Below are positions 49,081 through 61,500 of a stretch of DNA of 64,000 bases, in pieces. The notes under the pieces were generated by a model. That model was given only the letters and a program-made list of their open reading frames with translations, searched no databases and had not been told where the DNA came from. The stretch is from Mustelus asterias. Lineage: Eukaryota. The stretch spans positions 310,001-374,000 of the forward strand of contig NW_027590182.1 of the NCBI RefSeq assembly GCF_964213995.1, read 5' to 3'. Both the position numbers and the translations under genes were made by a program. How positions within the stretch are numbered: position 1 is the first letter of the stretch; each line of letters starts with the position of its first letter.

Positions 49081-50667
49081 GCCTGATTCAATCGACAAAC
49101 AGTTTATTGAGTTACGCCAGCGAGGAGAAGCCACAGGGGCTGACCATGTGCAACTCCACCCAACACAGAATATCATCAATTCTTATCCAGTTACTCAGCC
49201 CATCCCGGCTGGACACGATCCAATCAGAATGGTGATAGATTACATACATTATAGGTTCAATAAAATTAGTATCTGGGCATTATGGGGCTTTGTGATCATC
49301 TCATGGACAGGTGCCCCCATCATGATGCTTTCCAGACCCCCCTTGGGGGGGTCTTTCTTGGGCTTTCTTTGTACATAGACTCCCTTAGTTAGAAATGGGG
49401 TGGATTAAAAGTTCTCAAATGGACGTCAGCACTCTTCCTTTGTTTTAATCTAATGACCACGTGGTCTGGCAACATTTCTATTTAATAATCTCTCTTTTTA
49501 AACTCTTTTCTTCAGTATCCAATTCCAGAATTTTCCTTTTCTTTGTGTTACTTGCGTCAGGAATAAATCTTTGGACCTGACAGGAAGTTTAACCCAAGAT
49601 CAATCCAACACAGGATTGGTCAGAATCATTTCACATGTGTCAAATTTTAAATAATCATTACAAATTAAAACTCTCATTCTCACATGGGTGAATTGTATCT
49701 GGATTAAAATTCCCACATGTTTAGTAAAATATACTGGAATCCTGTCTCTGGCCAGTAAATATGGCTCCAGGTTCATAACTTCTGAACAAAAAAAGGTTTT
49801 ATTGATCACACTTCCTTTTTTAAAAATCTGTTTGATTTAAATCACAGACAGAAAACCTCAAAGCTTGAAGCGTTCATCCCACAAATATCATCCACACACA
49901 GAGAAACTTAACATGTGCTTTACAACAACAATAACCAAAATTAATTACTTAAGCATTCTTGTGATCCTGTTTTTAAACTTCCAAAAATGCCTTTAATTAA
50001 AGACTCACGGTAAGGTTAATTCTCCAGAAAGATAAACCTGAACAAATGTAGCCCAAAACAATGATAAAACACATCTACAAACATCCACATAAAACAAACA
50101 AAACACGCAGATTCTCACAGCTCATAAATTTCAAACAATGAATCCTCAGCATTCTCTCTCGCAGCTGGAGCTTCTTAAAGCGACAGAGCACTACAAGCTC
50201 ACAACTCCTTGATTAAAATAAGATCCAAGATCCTTCATGATAACTTCACCTTTTTTAAGCTAACCTACAATGACTGATTTTAGAGGCAACATCTTGTCTT
50301 TGGTGATTTAAAATCCCAAACACATTACCACCAGCAAAATCTTTGTTCTTTATCTGGGGATAAAACTCTCAGTTATTCCAAATTCCTCCAGGCTATGCTT
50401 AATATTTCCACAATTAACTTATTCCCAGAAATCCTCAATTATAAACTAAAACAGACACATGAATTTCCGGGCAGTCACAGGAATATGGTCAAGATAGTCC
50501 AGTCCCACAATGCCTCACATTCAATCTGCAGTCCTTCAATTATAACAGAATATGTGGCTGTATGTAGCTGCCTTGGCCATGGTCAACCCCAAGGGTGCCT
50601 TCTTGAACTGTTGCAATGCCTAAGGTGTACGTACACCCACAGTGCTGTTAGGAAGGGACTTCCAGTT

Positions 50668-52180
50668 ACTGAGAGAGACAAGAGATGAAATTGCTGGGCC
50701 TCTAACAGAAATCTTTGTTTCTTCATTGGACACAGGTGAGGTCCCAGAGGATTGGAGAATAGCAAATGTGGTCCCGTTATTTAAGAAGGGTAGCAAGGAT
50801 AACCCGGGTAATTATAGGCCAATGAGCTTGACGTCCGTGGTAGGGAAATTGTTGGAGAAGATTCTTAGAGATAGGATCTGTACACATTTAGAACTGAATA
50901 ATCTCATTAGCGATAGACAACATGGTTTTGTGCGAGGGAGGTCATGCCTCACAAATTTGGTTGAGATTTTTGAGGAGGTGACAAAAAGGACTGACGAGGG
51001 AAGGGCCGTGGATGTCGTCTGCATGGATTTTAGTAAAGCATTTGACAAGGTCCCTCATGGCAGGCTGGTGCAAAAGGTTAAATCTCACGGGATCAAAGGC
51101 AAACTAGCGAGATGGGTACAGAACTGGCTTGGCCATAGAAGACAGAGGGTAGCAGTGGAGGGGTCTTTTTCTGATTGGAGGTCTGTGACTAGTGGTGTTC
51201 CACAGGGCTGTGTACTGGGACCTCTGCTGTTTGTGATATATATAAATGATTTGGAAGAAGATGTAGCAGGTCTGATTAGTAAGTTTGCGGACGACACAAA
51301 GATTGCTGGAGTTGCGGATAGTGATGAACATTGTCAGAGAATTCATCAGGATGTAGATAGGCTGGAAAATTGGACGGAGAAATGGCAGATGGAATTTAAT
51401 CGAGATAAATGCGAAGTGATGCATTTTAGTAGATCTAATGCAGGGGGAGCTATACAATAAATGGCAGAACCATCAGGAGTATAGACACGCAGAGGGATCT
51501 CGATGTGCAAGTCCACAGAACCTTAAAGGTGGCAACACAGGTGGAAAGGGGGGTGAAGAAGGCATATGGCATGCTTGCTATTATTGGATGGGGCATAGAG
51601 TATAAAAGTTGGCACATGATGTTGCAGTTATATAGAACATTGGTTCGGCCACATTTGGAATACTGCGTCCAGTTCCAGTCGCCACACGACCAGAAGGACG
51701 TGGAGGCTTTGGAGAGTGTGCAGAAAAGGTTTACCAGGATGTTGCCTGGTATGGAGGGTATTAGCTATGAGGAGAGATTGAGTAAACTAGGGTTGTTCTC
51801 CCTGGAAAGACAGAGGTTGAGGGGCGGTCTAATAGAAGTTTATAAAATTATGAAGGGCATAGATAGGGTGAACAGTTGGAAGCTTTTTCCCAGGTCAGAA
51901 ATGACAAACACAAGGGGTCACAAGTTCAAGGTAAGGGGGGCAAGGTTCAGTACAGATATGCGGGGGACGTATTTTACACAGAGGGTGGTGGGGGCCTGGA
52001 ATGCACTACCAAGCAAGGTGGTTGAGGCAGACATGCTAGGATCATTTAAGACTTATCTCGATAGCCACATGAACAGACTGGGAATAGAGGGATACAAACG
52101 GATGGTCCAGTTAGGAGCGCATGATCAGTGCAGGCTTGGAGGGCCGAAGGGCCTGTTCCTGTGCTGTATTGTTCTTTGTA
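50668..52180 (+). mobile_element. CR1 LINE, 5'-truncated
   Basis: RT motifs NYRPMSLTS, GVPQGCVLGPLLF and KFADDTK (ORFs 50642..51460 and 51505..52224). One frameshift. Confidence 0.95.
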
Positions 52181-52374
52181 CATATTCCAGACTTTCACTA
52201 GACTGTAGGTGGATATCAGATTGATATATTTCATTCAACCACACCCAAGGTGAGTTATTCCAATTCCTTTATTATCCAGGACAATATATTCACAATATCT
52301 TTAAAACAGAAGTTAAACATTCCCATTTGATTTCAGACAGTAACATATTCTGTTAGTTTGTTCTTTATTGTCAA

Positions 52375-52690
52375 TGTCAGGCTGGGGTTGTTCTCCTTGG
52401 AGCAAAGGAGGTTGAGGGGAGATTTGATAGAGGTGGACAAGATTCTGACAGGTTTAGATAAGGTGGACAAAGAAAAGCTGTTCCTATTAGCTGATGGGAC
52501 AAGGACGAGGGGGACACAGATTTCTTGTTTTGGGTCAGAGATGCAAGGGACGGGGCGGGGCGGGGGGGGGGATGTGAGGAAGAATATTCTGATGCAGCGA
52601 ATGGTAATGACCTGAAACTCGCTGCCTACGAGGGTGGAGGAAGTGGAGAAAATAAACAATTAAAAAGGAAATTGGATGGACATCTGGGAT
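52375..52690 (+). mobile_element. Older CR1 C-terminal fragment
   Basis: RLGLFSLEQRRLRGDLIEV. Confidence 0.8.
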
Positions 52691-52695
52691 GTTCC

Positions 52696-53762
52696 AAACA
52701 GAACAAAGAAAATTACAGCACAGAAACAAGCTCTTTGGCCCTCCAAGCCTGTAGCAACCATGCTGCCCGTCTGAACTAAAACCCCCTACCTTTCCGGGGA
52801 CCATATCCCTCTGTTCCTATGCTATTCATATATTTGTCAAGACACATCTTAAAAGTCACTATCGTATCTGCTTCCACTACCTTCCCCGGCAACGAGTTCC
52901 AGGCACCCACCACCCTCTGTGTAAAAAACCTGCCTTGTACATCTCCTTTAAACCTTGCCCCTCGCACCTTAAACCTGTCTCCCTAGTAATTGACTCTTCC
53001 ACCCTGGGAAAAAGCTTCTGATTATCCACTCTGTCCATGACCCTCAGAATCTTGGAGACTTCTATCAGGTCGCCCCTCAACCTCCATTGCTCCAGTGAGA
53101 ACAAACCAAGTTTCTCCAACCTCTCCTCATAGCTAATGCCCTCCACACCAGGCAACATCCTGGTAAATCTTTTCCGTACCCTCTCCAAAGCCCCCACTTC
53201 CTTCTGGTAGTGTGGTGACCAGAATTGAACACGAGGTTCCAAGTGCGGTCTAACTAAGGTTCAATAAAGCTGCAACATGACTTGCCAATTTTTAAACTCA
53301 ATGCCCCGGCCGATGAAGGCAAGCATGCCATATGCCTTCTTGATTATCTTCTCCACCTCATTGCCACTTTCAATAACCTGTGCACCTGTACACCCAGATC
53401 CCTCTACCTATGAATACTCTTAAGGGTTCTGCATTTACTGTATATTTCCCATCTGTATTAGACCTTCCAAAATGCATTACCTCACATTTGTCCGGATTAA
53501 ACTTCATCTGCCATCTCTCCGCCCAAGTCTCCAACTGATCTATATCCTGCTGTATCCTCTGCCGGTCCCCATTGCTATCTGCAATTCCACCAACCTTTGT
53601 GTCGTCCACAAACTTACCAATCAAACCAGTTACATTTTCCTCCAAATCATTTATATATATTACAAACAGCAAAAGTCCCAGCACTGATCCCTGAGGAATG
53701 TCACTTGTCACAGCCCTCCATTCAGAAATGTACCTTTGCACTGCCAACTTCTGTTTTCTTCT
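52696..53762 (-). mobile_element. CR1 LINE, 5'-truncated
   Basis: IPQGSVLGLLLF, KFVDDTK and QFWSPHYQK in ORFs 53370..53747 and 52877..53242. Confidence 0.95.
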
Positions 53763-53998
53763 GACTAAATATCTCTAAACTTCCTGACACCCTGTCACTC
53801 TGTGATCCTTATGACATTTGAAACCAGCTATTCGCAAAAAGACTCAAAGAGCATCAGGCCACTGGAGGCTGAGACCAGCCAGTCCAGCACAAAGAAACCC
53901 TCTGACCCTTCCCATTGACCAACTGTGAGAATGAACAAAATGCAGTCCTGGAGGCAACTGAGAGCAGAAACAATAACAGCAGAATCCAACCCCTGTCA

Positions 53999-56023
53999 TC
54001 ACTCATGAACTTGCTGGTGTCTCAGCAGCTCGGATGAAACTCTGAATCCCTTCCCACATACAGAGCAGGTGAACGGCCTCTCCCCAGTGTGAACTCGCTG
54101 GTGTCTCTGCAGGTCGGCTGACTGAGTGAATTCTTGCCCACACTGAGAGCAGGTGAACGGCGTCTCCCCTGTGTGAACTCGCTTGTGTGTTTGCAGGTTG
54201 GATAGCTGAGTGAATCCCTTCCCACACACACAGCAGGTAAACGGCCTCTCCCCAGTGTGAACTCGCTGGTGTGTCCGCAGGCTGGATAACTGAGTGAATC
54301 CCTGCCCACACTGAGAGCAGATGAATGGCCTCTCTCCAGTGTGAACTCGCTGGTGTGCCCGCAGGTCGGATGACCGAGTGAATCCCTTCCCACACTGACA
54401 GCAGGTGAACGGCCTCTCCCCAGTGTGAACTCGCTGGTGTGACCGCAGGCTGGATAACTGAGTGAATCCGTTTCCACACTGAGAGCAGGTGAATGGCCTC
54501 TCCCCAGTGTGAACTCGCTGGTGTGTCTGCAGATTGGATGACCGAGTGAATCCCTTCCCACACTGAGAGCAGGTGAATGGGGATTTCTCCCCAGTGTGAA
54601 CTCGCTGGTGTGTCTGCAGGTGGGATGACAGAGTGAATCCCTTTCTACACTGAGAGCAGGTGAACGGTCTCTCCCCAGTGTGAACTCGCTGGTGTGTCTG
54701 CAGATTGGATGGCCGAGTGAATCCCTTCCCACACTGAGAGCAGGTGAATGGGGGTGTCTCCCCAGTGTGAACTCGCTGGTGTGCCTGCAGGTCGGATGAC
54801 CGAGTGAATCCCTTCCCACACTGAGAGCAGGTGAACGGCCTCTCCCCAGTGTGAACTCGCTGGTGTGTCTGCAGGTTGGATAACTGAGTAAATCCCTTCC
54901 CACACTGAGAGCAGGTGAATGGCCTCTCCCCAGTGTGAACTCGCTGGTGTGCCCGCAGGTTGGATACCTGAGTGAATCCCTTCCCACACTGAGAGCAGGT
55001 GAATGGCCTCTCCCCAGTGTGAACTCGCTGGTGTCTCTGGAGGCTGGATAACTGAATGAATCCCTTCCCACACTGAGAGCAGGTAAATGGCCTCTCCCCA
55101 GTGTGAACTCGCTGGTGTTTCTGCAGGGTGGATGACTGAGTGAATCCCTCCCCACACTGAGAGCAGGTGAATGGTCTCTCCCCAGTGTGAACTCGCTGGT
55201 GTGTCCGCAGGCTGGATAAATGAGTGAATCCCTTCCCACATTGAGAGCAGGTGAATGGCCTCTCCCCAGTGTGAACTCGCTGGTGTGTCTGCAGGTGGGA
55301 TAACTGAGTAAATCCCTTCCCACATTGAGAGCAGGTGAATGGTCTCTCCCCGGTGTGAACTCGCTGGTGTGTCAGCAGGCTGGATGACTGAGTGAATCCC
55401 TTCCCACACTGCGAGCAGGTGAATGGCCTCTCTCCAGTGTGAACTCGCTGGTGTGTCTGCAGGTGGGATGACTGAGTGAATCCCTTCCCACACTGCGAGC
55501 AGGTGAATGGCCTCTCTCCAGTATGAACTCGCTGGTGCGTCTGCAGGTGGGATGACTGAGTGAATCCCTTCCCACACTGCGAGCAGGTGAATGGCCTCTC
55601 TCCAGTGTGAACTCGCTGGTGTGACTGCAGGCTGGATAAATGAGTGAATTCCTTCCCACACTGAGAGCAGGTGAACGGCCTCTCTCCAGTGTGAACTCGC
55701 TGGTGTATCTGCAGGCTGGATAACCGAGTGAATCCCTTCCCACACTGAGAGCAGGTAAATGGCCTCTCTCCAGTGTGAACTCGCTGGTGTGTCTGCAGGT
55801 GAGATGACTGAGTGAATCCCTCCCCACACTGAGAGCAGGTGAATGGCCTCTCTCCAGTGTGAACTCGCTGGTGTCTCTGCAGGCTGGAAACCTGACTGAA
55901 TCCCTTCCCACACGGAGAGCAGATGAACGGCCTCTCTCCAGTGTGGCTGCGCCGATGAGTTTCCAGCTCTGATGGGGTTCCGTATCCCTTCCAACAGTCC
56001 GCACATTTCCATGGTTTCTCCAT
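53999..56023 (-). CDS. C2H2 zinc-finger protein I, 24 uninterrupted fingers
   Basis: accATGg at 56023 ([10 protein letters not shown]...HQQVHE*). Near-identical 84-bp repeats. Acceptor near 56375. Confidence 0.92.
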   Translation of the reverse strand: MEKPWKCADCWKGYGTPSELETHRRSHTGERPFICSPCGKGFSQVSSLQRHQRVHTGERPFTCSQCGEGFTQSSHLQTHQRVHTGERPFTCSQCGKGFTRLSSLQIHQRVHTGERPFTCSQCGKEFTHLSSLQSHQRVHTGERPFTCSQCGKGFTQSSHLQTHQRVHTGERPFTCSQCGKGFTQSSHLQTHQRVHTGERPFTCSQCGKGFTQSSSLLTHQRVHTGERPFTCSQCGKGFTQLSHLQTHQRVHTGERPFTCSQCGKGFTHLSSLRTHQRVHTGERPFTCSQCGEGFTQSSTLQKHQRVHTGERPFTCSQCGKGFIQLSSLQRHQRVHTGERPFTCSQCGKGFTQVSNLRAHQRVHTGERPFTCSQCGKGFTQLSNLQTHQRVHTGERPFTCSQCGKGFTRSSDLQAHQRVHTGETPPFTCSQCGKGFTRPSNLQTHQRVHTGERPFTCSQCRKGFTLSSHLQTHQRVHTGEKSPFTCSQCGKGFTRSSNLQTHQRVHTGERPFTCSQCGNGFTQLSSLRSHQRVHTGERPFTCCQCGKGFTRSSDLRAHQRVHTGERPFICSQCGQGFTQLSSLRTHQRVHTGERPFTCCVCGKGFTQLSNLQTHKRVHTGETPFTCSQCGQEFTQSADLQRHQRVHTGERPFTCSVCGKGFRVSSELLRHQQVHE

Positions 56024-56479
56024 GGTGCAGGTGTCCTTACCTCTCTCTTGAGTGGACAATTAGTTGAAACTTCATCCACACACAGAACAAGATTACAGTC
56101 TCTACCTGCTGTGAATGGTGTGATATTTATTCAGACTGTGTAACTGGTTAAAGCTCTTTAGTCAGTGCATTGGAACACTCTCACTCGAGTGTGGCAGTGT
56201 GTTGATGCATTTTCACTCACACTGACATTTCAAATCTTTTCAAATCGACAGACTGGACAATCATTTCTCCTTCTGGATTCAAAGTCCGATGATATTGAGG
56301 TCCCAAGGAATATGACTCTGTCAGATCGAGACGTGGCGTTTGAGATTTCAGCCTGTGATTCCTCTTTCAATGTCCTGTAAAATGAGTTTACAAAAGTCAT
56401 CAGTGTCAGTACAGGATAGAAATTCAGAACAGACAATTTCATTGGAACATTCTTTCCTCTCTCATTCCCCAAAAGCTGA

Positions 56480-57338
56480 AAAGAGAGAGAGACCTGGGCC
56501 AACCTTTCCAGAGTCTGCACCTTCCCTGGATTCACTTCCTTTCCCTTCAGTTGCTGCAAGTCCCTAATTTCCCCAGAATGAGAAAAGAAATGGAAAGGGG
56601 GTTGAAAAGAAAGTGTTTCACTCACAAATGTTGGCCTCTTTTAAGGGTAGGAAGTTTGAGTCTGTCTGAAGATCAATCTTCATTCACACAAAGTCCACGC
56701 TCTGATTAGCTGGAAGACCGGAGTCCTTCCGGTCCTCCAACTCTTCCCATTGGTCAACACCTCAGCATGAAGATCAGAGGGTGGGTTCTCCCCCGCACAT
56801 GCGCAGCTTCCCCTCTCCCTCGCACATGCGCAGTCCCGGGCCGGGGGGAGGGGGAGCTCACCGAGCGGCTTCTCGCTCTGGCCAGGGCCGTCAGCCGGTG
56901 CCTGGAAACCTTGGCTCGATGTGGTGTTGGGGGAGGGGAACAATGGGTGGGGGCGGGGCTCCCGGGTCCGCGCGCCCGGGCCTGCGCACTGGAACCCGGA
57001 GACATCACCGCGGAGCAGAGTGATTCCTATTGGCTGATTCAGGGAGGACTCTATCGTGGCGTCACAATGCGCAAGTTGTCCAATGAGCTTCAGAGTGAAA
57101 CTTCCTCCTCTGGGCAACATCTGGGAGGAAATCAATGTTTCCCCCTTTCCATTTCTTTTCTCATTCTGGGGGAAATTGGGGACTTGCAGCAACTGTAGGG
57201 AATGAAGTGAATTTGGTCTGTATATTCCACACATTTTTACTCCAGTAATGTAGACATTTATCTGTCTGGCAGCCTGCATGGAGATTTTCAGCTCTCTGCG
57301 TCCAGGACAGGAAGCAGTGAGCATGGATCTGTCAATCA
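56480..57338. promoter_or_regulatory. Candidate bidirectional promoter P5 (type 1) upstream of ZF I (-)
   Basis: CpG-rich. Two GCACATGCGCA, GC boxes, CCAAT/ATTGG. Donor at 56625-56620 (-). About 100-bp inverted end blocks. Confidence 0.7.
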
Positions 57339-57725
57339 CACATGAGGACGGCCTCAACCAGGATCTTGGGTTCATGTCACACTATCTGTAACCCCCACGA
57401 CTTGCCTGGGCTTGCAAAATCTCACCCACTGTCCTGGCTGGAGACAATACACATCACTTTAACCTGTGCTTAACCCTCTCTCCACTCACATTGTCTGTGC
57501 CTTTAAGACTCGATTACCTGTAAATTCGCATTCGAACCATTATCTTGTAAATTGAGTTTGTGTCTTTATATGCCCTGTTTGTGAACAGAACTCCCACTCA
57601 CCTGATGAAGGGGCAGCGCTCCGAAAGCCTGTGGCTTATGCTACTAAATTAACCTGTTGGATTTTAACCTGGTGTTGTGAGATTACTTACTGTGCTTACC
57701 CCAGTCCAACGCCGGCATCTCCACA
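57337..57725 (+). mobile_element. Penelope-like family A 3' end (GIY-YIG tail plus 3' UTR)
   Basis: THEDGLNQDLGFMSHYL*, then a UTR ending ...ccagtccaacgccggcatctccaca. Confidence 0.85.
57599..57633 (+). ncRNA. Minimal hammerhead ribozyme motif (family A), U16.1>C
   Basis: CAC-CTGATGA-A-GGGGC-agc-GCTCC-GAA-AGCC-T-GTG, in sense orientation to the PLE ORF. Confidence 0.68.
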
Positions 57726-58154
57726 CTCTGAGTGGAAACAGAGACAAGGAGGAGAGGCCGGAGGTGAGGAGAGAGATTTTATACATCTACAACTCAACAG
57801 GAACTTTGACAGAATTTCCAAACCCTGTGAACACCATCAGCTCCAAGTTCCTCTCCAACCCACACACCATCCTGACTTGTCTGACATCCAGTACTGAAAG
57901 AACAGAAATTTATTTCATTTAAATACTGGGAAGACTGAACCCATTGTGTTCAGTCCCCACTACAAACTCCACTCCCTCGCCAACAACTTTATCTCTCCTC
58001 CTGGCAACTGTCTGAGGCTGAACCAGGCTGTTCACAACCAGGATGAAATAGTGCATCCCAACATGAGCTTCCAGCCACATGTCACATCATCATCAAGACC
58101 ACTTTCATTCATAGAAGCATTAATAGTAATTAATTAATAATAATGAATAATAAA

Positions 58155-58452
58155 GTACAGTGTAGAAGGAGGCCATTCAGCCCATCGAGCCTGCACCGAC
58201 AACAATCCCATCCAGGCCCTATCCACATATTTACCTGTTAATCCCCCTGATACCAAGTGGCAATTTATCATGGCCAATCCGTCTAACCGGCACATCTTTG
58301 GACTGTGGAAGGAAACCGGAACACCCGGAGGAAACCCACACAGACACAGAGAGAATGTAGAAACTCTGCACAGACAGCGACCCGAGGCTGGAATTGAACC
58401 CGGGTCCCTGGCGCTGTTAGGCAGCTGCACTAACCACTGTGCCACCGGGCCA
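58155..58452 (-). mobile_element. HE1-like V-SINE within an L2 remnant (about 57915-58625)
   Basis: V-domain and head on the - strand. The flanks resemble the L2 at 26070-26350. Confidence 0.85.
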
Positions 58453-58506
58453 CATGTCAGTGCCATCGCCCGACTCCAGCCCAGTCTCAGCTCATCTGGA
58501 ACCCTC

Positions 58507-58581
58507 ACCCATTCCATTGTGACGTCACACTCTGACCCATTCCATTGTGACGTCACACTCCCACCCATTCCATTGTGACGT
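58507..58581. repeat. 28-bp tandem repeat, about 2.7 copies, containing TGACGTCA
   Basis: Unit ACCCATTCCATTGTGACGTCACACTC(TG/CC). Confidence 0.9.
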
Positions 58582-58621
58582 TATGGCTTCACTCTCCGAT
58601 CACAATCCCTGCCGGCCTCCC

Positions 58622-61062
58622 ACATAAGAACATAAGAAATAGGAGCAGGAGTAGGCCATCTAGCCCCTCGAGCCTGCCCCGCCATTCAATAAGATCATGG
58701 CTGATCTGACGTGGATCAGTACCACTTACCCGCCTGATCCCCATAACCCTTAATTCCCTTACCGATCAGGAATCCATCCATCCGCGCTTTAAACATATTC
58801 AGCGAGGTAGCCTCCACCACCTCAGTGGGCAGAGAATTCCAGAGATTCACCACCCTCTGGGAGAAGAAGTTCCTCCTCAACTCTGTCTTAAACCGACCCC
58901 CCTTTATTTTGAGGCTGTGTCCTCTAGTTTTAACTTCCTTACTAAGTGTAAAGAATCTCTCCGCCTCCACCCTATCCAGCCCCCGCATTATCTTATAAGT
59001 CTCCATAAGATCCCCCCTCATCCTTCTAAACTCCAACGAGTACAAACCCAATCTCCTCAGCCTCTCCTCATAATCCAAACCCCTCATCTCCGGTATCAAC
59101 CTGGTGAACCTTCTCTGCACTCCCTCCAATGCCAATATATCCTTCCTCATATAAGGGGACCAATACTGCACACAGTATTCCAGCTGCGGCCTCACCAATG
59201 CCCTGTACAGGTGCATCAAGACATCCCTGCTTTTATATTCTATCCCCTTCGCAATATAGGCCAACATCCCATTTGCCTTCTTGATCACCTGTTGTACCTG
59301 CAGACTGGGCTTTTGCGTCTCATGCACAAGGACCCCCAGGTCCCTTTGCACGGTAGCATGTTTTAATTTGTTTCCATTAAGATAGTAATCCCATTTGTTA
59401 TTATTTCCTCCAAAGTGTATAACCTCGCATTTCTCAACGTTATACTCCATTTGCCATATCCTCGCCCACTCACTCAGCCTGTCCAAATCTCTCTGCAGAT
59501 CTTCTCCGTCCTCCACACGATTCACTTTTCCACTTATCTTTGTGTCGTCTGCAAACTTCGTTACCCTACACTCCGTCCCCTCCTCCAGATCATCTATATA
59601 AATGGTAAATAGTTGCGGCCCGAGTACCGATCCCTGCGGCACGCCACTAGTTACCTTCCTCCAACCGGAAAAACACCCATTTATTCCGACTCTTTGCTTC
59701 CTGTCGGATAGCCAGTCCCCAATCCACTTTAACACACTACCCCCAACTCCGTGTGCCCTAATCTTCTTCAGTAGCCTTTTATGGGGCACCTTATCAAACG
59801 CCTTTTGGAAATCCAAAAACACCGCATCCACCGGTTCTCCTCCATCAACCGCCCTAGTCACATCTTCATAAAAATCCAACATGTTCGTCAAGCACGACTT
59901 TCCCCTCATGAATCCATGCTGCGTCTGATTGATCGAACCATTTCTATCCAGATGCCCTGCTATCTCCTCTTTAATAATGGATTCCAGCATTTTCCCTACT
60001 ACAGACGTTAAGCTGACCGGCCTATAGTTACCCGCCTTTTGTCTCCTTCCTTTTTTAAACAGCGGCGTAACATTAGCCGTTTTCCAATCAACCGGCACTA
60101 CCCCAGAATGCAACGAGTTTTGATAAATAATCACTAACGCATCCACTATTACCTCTGACATTTCTTTCAATACCCTGGGATGCATTCCATCCGGACCCGG
60201 GGACTTGTCCACCTTCAGTCCCATTAGTCTACCCAGCACTGCCTCTCTGGTTACATTAATTGTATTAAGTATTTCTCCTGCTGCCAACCCTCTATCGTTA
60301 ATATTTGGCAAACTATTTGTGTCCTCCACCGTGAAGACCGACACAAAAAACTTATTTAAAGACTCAGCCATATCCTCATTTCCCACTATTAACTCCCCCT
60401 TCTCGTCCTCCAAGGGTCCAACATTCACTCTAGCCACTCTATTCCTTTTTATATATTTATAAAAACTTTTACTATCATTTTTTATATTAATTGCTAGCCT
60501 AGCTTCATAGTCTATCCTTCCTTTCTTTATCGCTTTCTTAGTCTCTCTTTGTTGTTTCTTAAATTTTTCCCAATCACTTGTTTCTCCACTATTTTTGGCC
60601 ACTCTGTACGCAGCTGTTTTTATTTTAATACTCTCCTTTATTTCCTTCGTTATCCACGGCTGGTTCTCCCTTTTCTTACAATCCTTGTTTTTTGCTGGAA
60701 TATATTTTTGCTGAGAACTGAAAAGGATCTCCTTAAAAATCCTCCACTGTTCCTCAGCTATCCTACCTGCCAGCCTGCTCTCCCAGTCTACCTTAGCCAA
60801 TTCATCCCTCATCCTATCATATTTCCCTCTGTTCAAACAGAGGACACTGGTTTGGGACCAAACTTTCTCCTCTTCCATCTGAATCAGAAATTCGACCATA
60901 TTGTGGTCACTAGACCCAAGAGGGTCCTTCACAATAAGATCCTTAATTCTACCTACCTCGTTACACAATACCAGATCCAAAATAGCTCGTTCCCTCGTCG
61001 GTTCCGTAACATGCTGTTCAAGGAAACTATCCCGACAGCATTCTAAGAACTCTTCCTCCATT
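58622..61062 (-). mobile_element. Young CR1 LINE, 5'-truncated, uninterrupted ORF2 segment (EN C-terminus, RT, C-terminus)
   Basis: ORF 58716..61061 of 781 aa: ILDLVLCN, SSDHNMV, NYRPVSLTS, GVPQGSVLGP, KFADDTK. Tail (TTCTTATG)2. CACAT at both junctions (58621-58625, 61063-61067). Confidence 0.97.
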
Positions 61063-61069
61063 CACATGC

Positions 61070-61500
61070 AGCCTCAATGGCGGCAGTCAGCCCGGGTCTA
61101 ACACTACAAGCTGCCGCTCCATTTGGTACAAAGGGGGGGACCGGGAAGTTCATTTCCGGGGTTTGGGTTTGAACAACATGTTTACAAAGCCTCTCCACCC
61201 ACCCGCCACATTTATCATTCCCCGCGCGCCGCCCTCTACCTCGTATTGATCTCGCTTCCGAGTTAAAACCATCCGTCTGTCCGTCGCCATTACCCGCACT
61301 GCGCATGCTTCAGGTCCCGCCCCTCATTCACTCTGATTGGTTGGAGGACCAGCCGCTCCCGCTCAGTCCTCCAGCCCCGGCCCCTTTTCCTATTGGTCCG
61401 GAGCTGCCGTCAATCAGCCCCTGGGCATTGTGATGTGGAGCATGCGCAGTGTCATTGCTGTCCTTGGCGCTTGTTTGTCCCGGAGAAGCGGAGTCAGCGT
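61070..61500. promoter_or_regulatory. Candidate bidirectional promoter P6 (type 2)
   Basis: Inverted homolog of 19720-20085. CGCCATT, two TGCGCATGC, two ATTGG, GC box. Confidence 0.68.

Noticed and set aside
53999-56023. PRDM9 or a named ZNF ortholog
   Set aside because: No PR/SET, KRAB or SSXRD exons are visible, and tandem ZF genes cannot be given symbols by eye.
54003-56079. Long overlapping ORFs in the other two frames (433, 455, 235 aa), and similar ORFs over the other ZF genes
   Set aside because: A by-product of stop-free 84-bp ZF repeats. They give the same GRDSL and WEGIHS shadow peptides at every ZF gene.
58716-61061. Domesticated RT gene or complete autonomous LINE
   Set aside because: It is 5'-truncated within the endonuclease, has no ORF1, and has a normal CR1 tail. 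The open frame is explained by young age.
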